Shown: positions 1-12,059 of the stretch, piece by piece
How the letters are laid out: the number at the start of each line of letters is the position of its first letter
Numbering within the stretch: the stretch's first letter is position 1
Source: Balanoglossus misakiensis
Taxonomy: Eukaryota; Animalia; Hemichordata
Length of the DNA: 64,000 nucleotides
Direction of reading: 5' to 3'
Assembly (NCBI GenBank): GCA_040954595.2
Contig: CM082588.2
Location: forward strand, 11,047,298-11,111,297
Position numbers and translations under genes: made by a program
Notes under the pieces: generated by a model
The model's input: only the letters and a program-made list of their open reading frames with translations
The model's database searches: none
Told to the model about the DNA's origin: nothing

Positions 1-900
1 TTTAAGAAATGATGATTTCTTTACCAATAATGTGGAATAATACAAAAAATGCATAAAAGATTTTTGGCATAAAAAATTAAAAATCGATAATATTAGCTCA
101 AAACATACAGGACTGTTTGAGGTAGACATAAGGTACATGCATACTGATTTTCAAATGAATGTGACCAGTGGTTGTTGAGTTTGAGTTTTGACCAATTTCA
201 CATTTTCCTAGCTAATTTGCATATTTTTGGCAATGACAGCTTCATTTGAACAAACTCCAATCTTCAGCCTGGCCTGCATCTACACACCAAATATCGAGGT
301 CATATGCCCAGCGGTTTTCAAGTTTGTGATGTGGACGGACATACAGACATACATACATACATCCACCGATATCATAAGGTCCCATGGTAAAGCAAATGGG
401 ACCTTACAAAACTATGATAACTCAGATCACCTATGAAGCTTCATACTAAATTTCAAATAAGTCAGCTGATCAATTCCAGAAAAGCAGATTTTCTACCGAT
501 AATGTGGAAAGAGACAAAAAATACATAAAAAATCGAAAATTCACATTAGCTCACGACATATAGAACTGTGTGAGGTTAACATAACTTACAGGAATACCAA
601 TTTTCAATTTTGAAAGCAATTTGCTCAGTAGTTGTCGAGTTCCCGAGTTTGGACGAATTTGACACTTTCCCAGCTAATTTGCATATTTTGGCAATGACAA
701 CTTCATTTTGACAACTCCCACTTAATGCCCTGCCTGCATCTCCACACTAAATATCAAGGTCACATGCCAGTGGTTTCCAAGTGTTTGATATTGATAGACA
801 TACAGACAAACATCCATACAGACATCCATATATACAGGTGCAACTGATCCCATAAGGTCCCATGGTATAAATACATATACCTGCACCAAATGGGACCTAA
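1..900. mobile_element. Two tandem terminal modules of a Helentron/DINE-1-like (HINE) non-autonomous element
   Basis: Each module has a (CATA/CAGA)n microsatellite followed by a terminal stem-loop AGGTCCCAT...ATGGGACCT (375-406; 855-898), the DINE-1/HINE layout. Confidence 0.65.
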
Positions 901-1596
901 TAATTCTGATAAAATGCCTACATAGTAAGTTTAAAAACCAATTGTACCTTCAACGTCCTTGGACAACAATGGCTAATATTACTTGCCAAGGGCGACTAGA
1001 ATTTTGGGGGCCTGATGCAATTCTGATACATGTACTTCATGATTTAGAGATATTGTGAAAATCCTGTCAACCGAATTACAGGGAAATCAGATTTTCCATG
1101 TAAAATCATATCACCCAAAAATGTCAAGTGTCGAAAATAATTTTGAAACAAAAGTCTACTCAAAATCATACCAAAATTTAAATTTTAAAGCAGTACGTTA
1201 GGCAAGCAATTTGAGAATGAAGAAACTTACAAAAAAATTATAAATTGAAAATAACTTACAAATGCCGTACACAAACTTACAATCACTACCATATTACTGT
1301 ACAAGTTAAAAGGACATTGTACCAGCAGAGACATTGCGATCGAGCAATCCCCAAGATATACATGACATGGTCTAATTACAAATATTGAATATGTAAAATA
1401 GGTACACAACACTTCCATTCTTTCAGTACAGTCAGCTGCTTGTTAACAATAGGCATGTAGCTATTTCATCAAATTTACAGCCCAAGTCATGCCTATACAA
1501 TTCTCCCTTAAGCTACCCTAAGTGAGTGATGAAAATCTCATATGGTCGACAATTGATGGCCGATTTTTGCCATGTTAAAGAAATGGGAGTTCATAA

Positions 1597-2377
1597 GGCT
1601 GCATTCACAAACACCTCTGGCGAGGGGGGGGGCAGGAGAATTGAGCGGGGGGGGGATTTGAAAAAATTGAAGGTATGTAAGGGGGGATTTGAAATAATTT
1701 AGGGACTGAAAGGGGGGACTTGAAAACTTTGACGACTAAATATTTATTTTGAGTCCACAAAAATGCAGTTTCGCGCCCTTTATTTTACACCCCCTCCCAC
1801 ACCCACCCCCCTCCATTCATCAACACCTTTCAATCATTAACTGGTTTATCTAGTGTCCCATGTCAGGGGACTTGCCCCCACCCCATGATAACTTTGAGCG
1901 GCGACGGTTAAATTTATCCTCCCCAACATACTGGTAGTTGAGTTAATTTGCTTTTGCCGGGTTCATAAAAATGCAGCTTTGAGCTCTGTATTTTATAAAA
2001 TTTTCTTACGTGGGAGGGGGACACCCCTTCCCACACCCACCCCCTTCAATTCCCGGTTTACAATGTCTCCCAACACAGAATACAAATACTTAAAAAATAA
2101 AAACCATGTTCAGTTTTAATACCCACTGATGAGGGGAAACATCAGTTTCAAAGTCTTTTCATGGGAGCGCTGTTTTTCTTTTTTACAAGATAGATAAGTG
2201 ATGTGTTTTGCTCTGTGAAAGAAAATGGGGGGGGGGATTTTAAAATTTTGGCAGTTCAGAAGGGGGTGGGGGATTTGAAAATATTTCGGGTTGTGTACAG
2301 GGGGGGGGCATGTGAAAATTAGCAGTAAAAAAATTGAATTCTCCCCCCCCCATCCAGAGGTGTTTGTGAATGGAGCC
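1597..2377. mobile_element. PIF/Harbinger (Tourist-type) MITE, 781 bp
   Basis: 24-bp TIR GGCTGCATTCACAAACACCTCTGG / CCAGAGGTGTTTGTGAATGGAGCC (1 mismatch). TAA TSD at 1594-1596 and 2378-2380. Empty site with a single TAA at 8887-8889 in the paralog. Interior is rich in G- and C-runs. Confidence 0.93.
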
Positions 2378-2808
2378 TAAGCTAAAGCTAAAGTGATAAT
2401 GGGTCATAACAGACAAAATAACAAAATGTGAAAAACATTTAATGAGTTTAATATGCTAACTACGGAGACAGACATGTTTGACCAAAGCATGAAATACACA
2501 AAATGTATCATTTCTTCCACCTCTTACTACAGTGGGTTGTAGACTTTTCGCCCAGAATGCAATGTGATTTGACCCCCTAGCGCAAAGTGAAAACCTATTT
2601 AAGGCAGCCAGAATTTTCTGCATAGTATGACGGAAACATTTGTAAAGTCATGGCTAGCGTGGGCTGGTAAGTTTATATGGGGCTCTCCATGATAACCAGT
2701 TGTGGCTTACCACCACCATAATTTTGAAAGGGCGACTTCACTATTTGATGGGAAAAGGTAGCCTTTACAAACAAGCTATGGAGCATGTATACAGCAAGTT
2801 GTGCTTAC

Positions 2809-2881
2809 CGGAAAGCGGTCTTGGATCAGGCCTAGGTATTCTCTTCCTCCTCCGGCATACGTTGAAATGCTGTGTTTAAGA
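2809..2881 (-). other. Exon-like cassette A (73 nt)
   Basis: Minus strand: branch-like TACTAAT, acceptor tttgattcacAG, donor GTAAGC. One open frame, LKHSISTYAGGGREYLGLIQDRFP. Paralogous to cassette B. Confidence 0.45.
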
Positions 2882-4058
2882 CTGTGAATCAAATATTTGC
2901 TTATCAATTAGTAACCAATCAACCTTGCTTTAGAATTATTTGGGCCATACTAATTAGTGAAAATATGCAAAACATGGTATAATATAGGGTCAGACTGTGC
3001 TGCGATAATGTACGTGGAATACGAATCAGAGAAATCTGTAACAGCGATCTTGAAACTCCATTTACATCAGTACTGCAGTAAAGTGGTCCACATGGGTATA
3101 CCACAAACATGGCAGTTAGGTGACAAGTGAAACTGACATCATATCTGTAAACGACAGGTGTACACACACTTTGACATCTACGTAACACTGTACAATGATT
3201 TCTTAATGTTTGTTGTGAAAATGAAACTTACATTTGATCCACCTCACTTTTCATACAACTGATTAGCGCAAGAATGTAAATTGTTGGCAATTATAAAACA
3301 TTTATTTTACTATAGAAAAGTAAGCCTTTACATTTAAACTTTGAATATCAGTATACTAAAATGTTTCAAACGTGGCTGTCAGTATATCTCATGGCATGGT
3401 GGCAGAAGTACATGTTGTTACCAGGGAAGACACATTGAACATAGACAAGCGCACTAGTCGCTTGGTGATTTTTCATCTAGATTCTCAAAACTTTCTGTGC
3501 ATTTGGTAGCTTTGAGCAAGTTTCTGGTACTGAGCTGAGTTTCGAATTTGGAACTGGGCTGCTTTGGCTTTGATTACCATGGGCCAATATGATCTTATGC
3601 ACACATTTTTGAAAAAAACTCCAGCCTGTTTGTGTCGTGATCTATATTTTTCTTTGTGGCCTAAGGTATTGTTTTATTTCACTATAAACAACATTACTTT
3701 CCTTCATGTGTCTATATATAATAATAGATCTCTTAGCCAGTTTGATGAAGCATAGTGTTGGACTAGCACACTTTCAGCCAAAATTACGGTATCTCCCCGT
3801 GTATTGGTATGGGAGTAATTTCTAGCTATATGGTTAAGGAAATGCATCCAAATTTAATTTATGCTTCACATGAAGATTTGAACTTGACCATTTAATTCAT
3901 GTCATCACGATCATATCACAGGCAATCGAGGCTAGAATTCGAAGGAAAAAAGTATTGATAACTGGAAGGTGTAAATTAGTTCGTAGACATACATTGTTTC
4001 CTATTGTTTCGGTTGTGCCACGCCCGATAAAAGCAAATATACAGCAAGTCATGCTTAC

Positions 4059-4133
4059 CATTGAGCGGTCTTAAACTCGCCCCAGACGAGGAAGAGAATC
4101 CCGAGTTGAAATGCAGACAATTTCAGGCAGCAT
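4059..4133 (-). other. Exon-like cassette B (75 nt), signal-peptide-like hydrophobic frame
   Basis: Minus strand: canonical TACTAAC branch point, acceptor tttgattcacAG, donor GTAAGC. Open frame CCLKLSAFQLGILFLVWGEFKTAQ. Confidence 0.5.
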
Positions 4134-4175
4134 CTGTGAATCAAATAGATATAGAAGTTAGTAACCAGTCATAGT

Positions 4176-5577
4176 AGCTCTAAGTTGGGTGTAAAAGTCT
4201 AAGTTGGGTGTACTAACTCTCCTTGTTAACAGTAACTTTCAAAGAAACTGAGCAATTGGTTAAAAAGATTTGCTATCCAAAAACAAAGAAATTTACAACA
4301 AACTACCTAAATATTGACAACCAGAATTTAATCAAAGTTGCACATACATGTACATGTGTTATGAAATTGTTAACTAACTTCCAAAGCAATCAGGAACCAG
4401 ATATTAACTGAATATGCTCACGTGCAGTACTGTGATTGGTTGACAGAATAACAAGATTAGAAAAACCAGTTTTAAACCATTTTGGTTTATAGTGTATATG
4501 GTGTAAGGGTTGTGTGTTGCACCATTGTGAAATGTAAACATGTTTGTGGAATTGTTGCCTTGTCAATTTTTGTAAGGGGTTATGAGTCATGTACCCCATC
4601 CTGAACTGCATAAAAATAATAAGTCTATGGAATTCTAAAACTCTTTGATCAAAAATGGCAAGAAATATACCAAAAAGTATGAATATTTCACCAGATTTCA
4701 ACAAATCTGATTTCTGTTCATGCCTAAGAACCTCTTTAACAAGTTTCAATAAGGAAGACATTTTGGCAAACAACAGGAAATTCAGACAAATCTGACTGAT
4801 ATCACATATATGAATTCCCATTCAAAGTTTCCAACCAATTGGACTTGTGGTATTACCGAAGACTATTTGGCCAAACCCTGCAGAAATTCCCAAAAAATAC
4901 AATTATGCAAATTTCATTACAATTTGATCATATCTGACTGAGATCACCCCTAGAAACCCAAATACAAAGTATCAAAACAATTGCACCTACATTTCACAGG
5001 ATTGGATTTTTTGGCAAAAACAGGAAATATTGCCCAAAAATGCATTTTTGCAAATTTCACCACCGTTTGCACAAATGTGATTCAGGTAAGCCCTATGAAC
5101 CTCCATACCAAGTTTCCAATCAATTGGACATGTAATTTCAGAGAAAAATTTTTTTTAACAAAACTGCAGAAAATTCCCCAAAAAATTCATAAAAAATAGG
5201 AAACGCCAGATACTGACTCCACCTGAACAAAATCATACTAGGTCTTCCCAAAGTACTTGCACACCAATGCACGCCAATTTTTAACTTAATCTGATCCGCT
5301 GTTATTAAGTTTTTCAATTTTGACTATTTGAACATTTTTCCAGTTAATACCAGTATGCATTTTTTCGCAATAACAATTTCTATGTACACACTAAATATCA
5401 GTAGTTTCAAGTTTTTGATGTTGATGGACATACACATACATACATCAATACATTAAGACGAAACTAATCCATTCACAAAATACATAATTCTGTATGAGGC
5501 ACACATACAGACATACATAGCCGACGGACACCAACTTATGCTATAAGCTGACATTTATATACATGTTAGCCAAAAAC
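4176..5577. mobile_element. HINE/DINE-1-like element with internal diverged subrepeats
   Basis: Subterminal IR TAAGTTGG(G)TGT (~4181) vs ACACCAACTTA (~5528). CATA microsatellite, terminal hairpin GCTGACAT..ATGTTAGC, then an A-run. Boundaries are approximate. Confidence 0.5.
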
Positions 5578-5964
5578 AAAATCAACCTCAAAATAGACAT
5601 TAAAATATATTGCACCACCATGAGAAGACAAATTCATTTTTTGACAAATTTTCTGGGGCGTCATTGATATAGCATGGCATATTGTCAAAGTACGTAGGCT
5701 CTGTGATAAGATTCCATACACACAAAATGGTAACCTTGGAAGTCCAGCTGACGTAGTTATGCAATGGCGTCTCGTGTATTCCGTCGCCAAAAAATCATCG
5801 TAAACTAATTGATAGTCGGGGTCACAATTCAAGACGACTTTCTCTAAATTCTTTATGAATGGATTAAATCGAAATCGAAATGTTGACGTATGACATACGG
5901 AATGAGATCTGAACAGACATTCAATGTTATCATTCTCGCTCGATCACATATTGGGTAGGCCATC

Positions 5965-6727
5965 TAGCAATCGCTATATAGTATTGGCGATAACAGACTG
6001 TCTATAAACACACAAAACGGATTTTACTGTTGAGTGTGATCAACCGCCATGTTATTTTTCTCTGAACAATAGACAAATAGAAAGCCTGGTGACATTTTGA
6101 GATTGACTGCGTGAGGACCACAATATGCGTGAATCATTTACGGTTTGTCTTGATGAATGGGTCACGTCATAGTCATAACGCGGATTCGGCTGCACGCCAA
6201 CTATCCGCCATATTGTCTCCACTAACTTACTCGTAAGTAGTTTCAAACTTCATTTGAAAAGAGTATTCGTCTGACGGTCCTGTAGATTAACAATTTACGC
6301 TCTATGAAGCAACTAAACAACGTTAGCTTCCTTGTGGATTCACGTAGGGAAGTTATTCGTAACGACGGGTACAGCGTCTGAGCATGGACAGAACCACGGC
6401 AATATCGCCAGGAATGTCTCATTTCACAGCGCCCTCAAACAGTCGATCTCCTCAAATTATCGTTTCCACTGGTCATATATGCAGCATTAACGAAAGCTCT
6501 CATAGACAACCATGTAATAGAAAAATTAAAACTTTAATAACTTCATTAATATCAAAGCCACACCCACCAAAACCTTTTCAGTTCTTGCCATATGATATCT
6601 GAACCTGTGTACTAAATTTGGTTGAAATCGGTTCAGCGGTTCTTGAGATATCGGGTATACAGACAGACACACACATACACAGACATCGCTAAACTATAAG
6701 CTCACGTGATTTTCAGGTGAGCTAAAA
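5965..6727. mobile_element. HINE/DINE-1-like element
   Basis: End reads (CAGA/CA)n, CATCGCTAAACTATA, hairpin AGCTCAC..GTGAGCT (6699-6723), AAAAA. Candidate partner IR TATAGTATTGGCGAT at ~5977. The left boundary is tentative. Confidence 0.5.
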
Positions 6728-8070
6728 ATTGGGTTACCCCTAGGAATATTCCTACCATATTTCAAAGCCATCAAAAAAGCAGTTTCAAAGAAAAACACAT
6801 TTGTTCAAAAGTGGCAAAAACACAAATATGCAAACATCTCTATAATTGTACACCATCTTACTTCAATCACTACAAGGAACATTCCTGCCAAAATTCAAAG
6901 CAATCTGACAAGGGTTTGAACGGTTTAACAGAAAACAGTTTTTGACAAAGATTGCAAAAAATATCCCCAATAACACAAGCACGCAGTTTTAACCATTTTT
7001 ATGACATCTTCCTTGGGTTACCCCTGGGAATCTGCCTACCAAATTGCAAAGCATTCTGACCATAATTGGCAAAATTGCTCAAAATTATAAATATGCCTAT
7101 TTTACAACAATCTGAACAAAAAATATGGTAACTCGGACCACCCATAGGAAGCTTCATACTAAATTTCGAAGGAGTCGGACTATCGCTTTCAGAAGTGAAG
7201 ATTTTTTTTTACCAATAATGTGGAAAAAGACAAAAAAAATTAATAAACATTAGAAAATTCATAATATTAGCTCACAACATACAGGACTGTATGGGGTTCA
7301 TTGACATACCAATCTGACCAGTGGTTGTCAAGTTTCTGACTTTTGACCAATTTCACATTTACACAGGTAATATTTTGGCAATGACAATTTCATTTGAACA
7401 AAATCCCATCTACAGCCCCGCCTGCATCTACACACTAAATATGGAAGTGATATGCCCAGCGGTTTTCATCCATTCACTCATACATACAAATGCAACTGAT
7501 TCCATAAGGTCCCAATCGTATATATGTACATAAACCAAATGGGACCTAAAAATTGCTCCAAAATTATAAATACGCAATTTTTGGCAACAATTTAAACAAA
7601 ACTATGGTTGGTAACTCAGATCACCTATGAAGCTTCATAATAAATTTCAAACAAGTCAGCTGATCAATTCCAGAAAAGTAGGTTTTTACCGACAATGTGG
7701 AAAGAGAAAAAAAAATGCTTAAAAATAGAAAATTCACATTATTAGCTCACAACATGTAGAATTGTGAGAGGATACCATAAGGTACATGCATACCAATTAT
7801 CAATTTTGAAAGCAATTTGCCCAGTAGTTGTTGAGTTCCCAAGTTTTGACGAATTTGACACTTTCCCAGCTAATTTGCATATTTTGGCAATGACAACTTC
7901 ACTGAGACAAACTCCCATCTACTGCCCTGTCTGCACATTAAATATCAAGGTGAAATGCCAGTAGTTTCCAAATGTTTGATGTTGATGGACATACAAACAT
8001 CCATACATACAGGTGCAACTGATCCCGTAAGGTACCATGGTATAAATACATATACCAAATGGGACCTAAT
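6728..8070. mobile_element. HINE-like element with duplicated terminal modules
   Basis: Diverged ~150-200 bp subrepeats, then two microsatellite-plus-hairpin ends (AGGTCCCA..TGGGACCT at 7507-7547; 8030-8067) paralogous to those at 1-900. Confidence 0.6.
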
Positions 8071-9542
8071 AATTCTGATAAAATGCGTACATACGTACAT
8101 ACATACAAGTCAGCAATAAGGAGACGGGATAGTGGGCTGGCACTGAGTGTCTATTTCTATTGCAAATTATAAACATGCAGCAAGTGTAAAAACCACATGT
8201 ACCTTCAACGTCCTTGGACAACACATTTTTGTAACTTTCCCAGATCAATGGCTAATATTACTTGCCAAAGGCGACTAGAATTTTGAGGGCCTGATGCAAG
8301 TCTGATACATGTACTTCATGATTTAGAGATATGATGAAAATCCTGTCAACCGAATTACAGGGAAATCAGATTTTCCATGTAAAATCATATCACCCAAAAG
8401 TGTCAAAAATAATTTTGAAACAAAAAGTCTACTCAAAATCATACCAAAATTTAAATGTTAATGCAGTACGTTAGGCAAGCAATTTGAGAATGAAGAAACT
8501 TACAAAATAATTTATAAATTGTAAATAATTTACAAATGCCGCACACAAACTTACAATTACTACCATATTACTGAACATGTTAGAAGGACATTGTACCAGC
8601 AGAGACATTGTGATCGAGCAATCCCCAAGATATACATGACATGGTCTAATTACAAATATTGAATATGTAAAATATGTACACAACACTTCCAGTCTTACAG
8701 TACAGTCAGCTGCTTGTGAACAATAGTCATGTAGCTATTTCATCAAATTTACAGCCCAAGTCTTGCCTATACAATTCTCCCTACTTTAAACACGTTTTAA
8801 GCTACCCTAAATGAGTGATGAAAATCTCATACGGTCGATAATTTCAAGATGGCCGATTTTTGCCATGTTAAAGAAATGGGAGTTCATAAGCTAAAATGAT
8901 GATGGGTCATTCTTGAACTTTTTAACAGAAAAAATAGCAAAAGTGAAAAAAAGTTTAATATGCTAACTACCGAGACAGAAATGTTTGACCGAAGGAAGTC
9001 ATGAAATACAGTAAACATATCATTTCTTCTATCTCTTACTACAGTTGGTTATGGACTTTCCGCCCAGAATGCAATGAGATTTGACACCTAGCGCAAAGTG
9101 AAAAACCTATTTAAGGCAGCCAGAATTTTCTGCATAGTATGACGGAAACATTTGTAAAGTCATGGCTAGCATGGGTTGGCAGGTTTATGGGACCCGCTCA
9201 GGTTCCCTCGAATAACACATAATGCATGATTGGTGACTGATTATTGTTTATTTGTTGATTTTGTCACATTTTCAGAAAAATCCCTATCAATCAGTCATAT
9301 TTGTTTGGCCTTGCTATACAGCGCAATATGAATCTTGTTGACTGAAATTGTTGAGGATAGTGGTACATAAAGGTTACCAATTGGAAAATATTAAAATGAT
9401 TATTAGTGGTGTCCAACTCTTCATGATAACCAGTTGTGGCTTGCCACCACCATAATTTTAAAAGGGTGACTTCACTATTTGATGGGAAAAGGTAGCATTT
9501 ACAAACAAGCTATGGAGCATGTATACAGCAAGGTGTGCTTAC

Positions 9543-9615
9543 CGGAAAGCGGTCTTGGATCAGGCCTAAGTATTCTCTTCCTCCTCCGGCATACGTTGAA
9601 ATGCTGTGTTTAAGA
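9543..9615 (-). other. Exon-like cassette A' (paralog of 2809-2881)
   Basis: Same splice signals. One substitution vs A (CTA>TTA, synonymous in the open frame). Confidence 0.45.
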
Positions 9616-9953
9616 CTGTGAATCAAATATATGCAAATATTAATTAGTAACCAATCAACCTTGCTTTAGAATTATGTGGGCCATACAAATTAGTGAAAAT
9701 ATGCAAAACATGGTATAATATAGGGTCAGAAAAAATTTCCAGCCTGTTTGTGTCATGATTTACATTTTTCTTTCTGGCCTAAAGTATTGTTTTATTTCAC
9801 TCTAAACAACATTACTTTCCTTCATGCGTCTAATATAATAACAGATCTCTTAGCCAGTTTGATTAAGCATAGTTTTGGACTAGCACACGTTCAGCCAAAG
9901 TTAAAGTATCTCCCTGTGTATTGATATGGGAGTAATTTTAGCTATATGGTTAA

Positions 9954-10300
9954 AGTGACAAAGTCTCTCTGTCGCTGTCCTTTTTCCATTAATTATGTTT
10001 GATACAAGACACTGTTTATGTCAATGTACATTTGGATATATAGTGAATAAATGATCAACCACACAAAACTTCCATCCCGCTTGTATGATATGAGAGTAAA
10101 AACTCGCCCAAAATGAATAAATGGTAAAGAACGATTATTCATTTTGGCGAGTATTTTTACTATCGTGTCTACAAGTGGGACGGAAGTTGTGTGTGGCTGA
10201 ACGTTCATTCACTATATATCTACATGTAGAATAACAAACGGTGTCTTGTATCAAATATAATTAATGGAAAAAAGGGCAGCGAGAGAGAGACTTTGTCCCT
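9954..10300. mobile_element. Kolobok-type palindromic MITE, family A (347 bp)
   Basis: TTAA TSD at 9950-9953 and 10301-10304. Termini AG(T/G)GACAAAGTCTCTCT...AGAGAGACTTTGTCCCT (RR..YY, not the piggyBac CCC..GGG). Near-complete palindrome. Empty TTAA site at ~3834 in the paralog. Confidence 0.9.
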
Positions 10301-10542
10301 TTAAGGAAATGCATCCACATTTATTTTATGCTCCACGTGAAGATTTGAACTTGTGAGTTGTCCATCTAATTCATGACATCACGATCATATCACAAGCAAT
10401 CGAGGCCAGAATTCGAAGGGGAAAAAACAGGTACATTGTATTGAAAGCTGGAATATGTAAATTAGTTCGTAGACATACATTTCTTCCTATTGTTTCGGTT
10501 GCAACACCCGATAAAAGCAAATATAAAGCAAGTCATGCTTAC

Positions 10543-10617
10543 CATTGAGCGGTCTTAAACTCGCCCCGGACAAGGAAGAGAATCCCGAGTTGAAACGCAG
10601 ACAGTTTCAGGCAGCAT
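10543..10617 (-). other. Exon-like cassette B' (paralog of 4059-4133)
   Basis: Same splice signals. Frame CCLKLSAFQLGILFLVRGEFKTAQ. Three of four differences from B are synonymous in this frame. Confidence 0.5.
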
Positions 10618-10820
10618 CTGTGAATCAAATAGACATAGAAGTTAGTAACCAGTCATAGAAGCTCTGCGTGGCAGGGCTGCGTGTTAACGGCTATACCATA
10701 GCTCCCACTGGTAGCTTATAACAGTCTCAATGGTGCCAAAAATCTCCCCAACAACAAAACCAACCCTGGTCAGTTTATTCGCTATCGCTTTGCCTTAAAA
10801 GTTATACTGTAGTGTGTTAC

Positions 10821-11235
10821 CACAGGGGGCTCCTCCCTCCGCGATTTTATTGTTTGTTTGTTGTTGTTGATTGGCATAATAAACAAATACATATTTCATT
10901 ATTAATAAATATGGTTTGTTGACATGTAAGTGTTAGGGTATATTCAACAGTTAGGGTTACTGTTGGCATTTTTTTCGATCCACGGCCCCGGGCATCACTA
11001 AGCCACAGGGGGTGGGGGGGGGGGGGTTTGGGGGGGTGATGCCGGCCATGGATCGAAAAAATGCCAACACTAATTCTAACCGTTGAATATACCATAACCT
11101 GTCAAATATACCCTAATAACCTAACCCTTACATGTCAACAAACCATATTTATTAATAAAGAAATATGTATTTGTTTATTATGCCAATCAACAACAACAAA
11201 CAAACAATAAAATCGCCTAGGGAGAGCCCCCTGTG
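10821..11235. mobile_element. Foldback MITE, P-element-like termini (415 bp)
   Basis: Arms of ~170-190 bp, CACAGGGGGCTC...GAGCCCCCTGTG. 7-bp TSD GTGTTAC (10814-10820; 11236-11242). The CANRG start and 7-bp TSD fit the P superfamily. Central poly-G loop. Confidence 0.8.
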
Positions 11236-11493
11236 GTGTTACGGTACCACCTGCTCCACAATAACAAAGCTGACTCGAGCCAACGAACGACGTACAATTT
11301 ACTCGCACGGTGTAATATAACGCACAAATTCCATGCGACTGTGAGTTTACTGTTTGGTGCTGTAACGCTTCCCAAAGTCAGAATTTCGATGTTGGGGGGA
11401 CCCTCTCGCCCTACCACGACCAGTTTTTGCTAGAAGGAGTGTACATGTACTTGTAAAATAACATTAAATGCCATGCTTACCAGAGAAACGACA

Positions 11494-11534
11494 TCATCAA
11501 GCATGGAGGCGACCGGGACCTCCATGCTTGATGA
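11494..11534. repeat. Perfect 16-bp hairpin
   Basis: TCATCAAGCATGGAGG - 9-nt loop - CCTCCATGCTTGATGA. Confidence 0.85.
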
Positions 11535-12059
11535 ACGTCAAAGCTGCAATGATTTTTCAAATGCAATGGTCAGCGGTACGAGAACGAGGCACCAGCTGTG
11601 CGTCAATTATGCAACTTACTTACTACTCAATCAGAATCCTGCTTCAACATGACGTAACACTAATTAGTCAAAGAATGCAATGCAACGTATGTGTGCGGGT
11701 GGAGAATGCGCCTCACGTCAATGCAGACACACCAGACACACACACTGAAATGCAAATTGAGGAATTATGTCACGGTGTTCTTTGGAAGTGCGAATGAATA
11801 AAATATTTCGTTTTCTTCAGTGTTTTTGTACTACAAAACAAATTGCTAAAAAACGACTAGCAAGCGCTTATGCAATGAAATACAAATAAATATAATTATC
11901 GCCAATTGGAAATGGAACGTCAATCCGCATTTGTCAAAAAATAACAGAAAAGACAAAGGAGCTGAGACGTCCTGAAATAAAAGGAATGACCTCTCTGTTC
12001 TGACCTGTATGAGGAAGCCCTATTGTAATACGCAATATGTCGGATCATGCTACCATCCG

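Larger units (their letters stand above)
1..4181 (+). repeat. Segmental duplication, copy 1 (paralog of ~7190-10665)
   Basis: Colinear blocks match copy 2, e.g. 409-480 vs 7600-7680, 960-1596 vs 8245-8889, 2690-2993 vs 9420-9730, 3838-4181 vs 10305-10665. ORF 1227..1418(-) is near-identical to ORF 8471..8686(-). The left edge runs off the window. Confidence 0.95.
7190..10665 (+). repeat. Segmental duplication, copy 2
   Basis: Same blocks as copy 1. Lacks the 1597-2377 MITE and the 2994-3611 segment. Carries an extra Kolobok MITE (9954-10300) and about 230 bp at 9190-9418. Confidence 0.95.

Noticed and set aside
4390-4821. 143-aa ORF
   Set aside because: Lies within HINE-like repeat sequence and has no domain-like features.
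9954-10300. piggyBac assignment for the TTAA elements
   Set aside because: Termini are AG/GG..CT/CC, the reverse of the piggyBac CCY..RGG pattern. Kolobok fits better.
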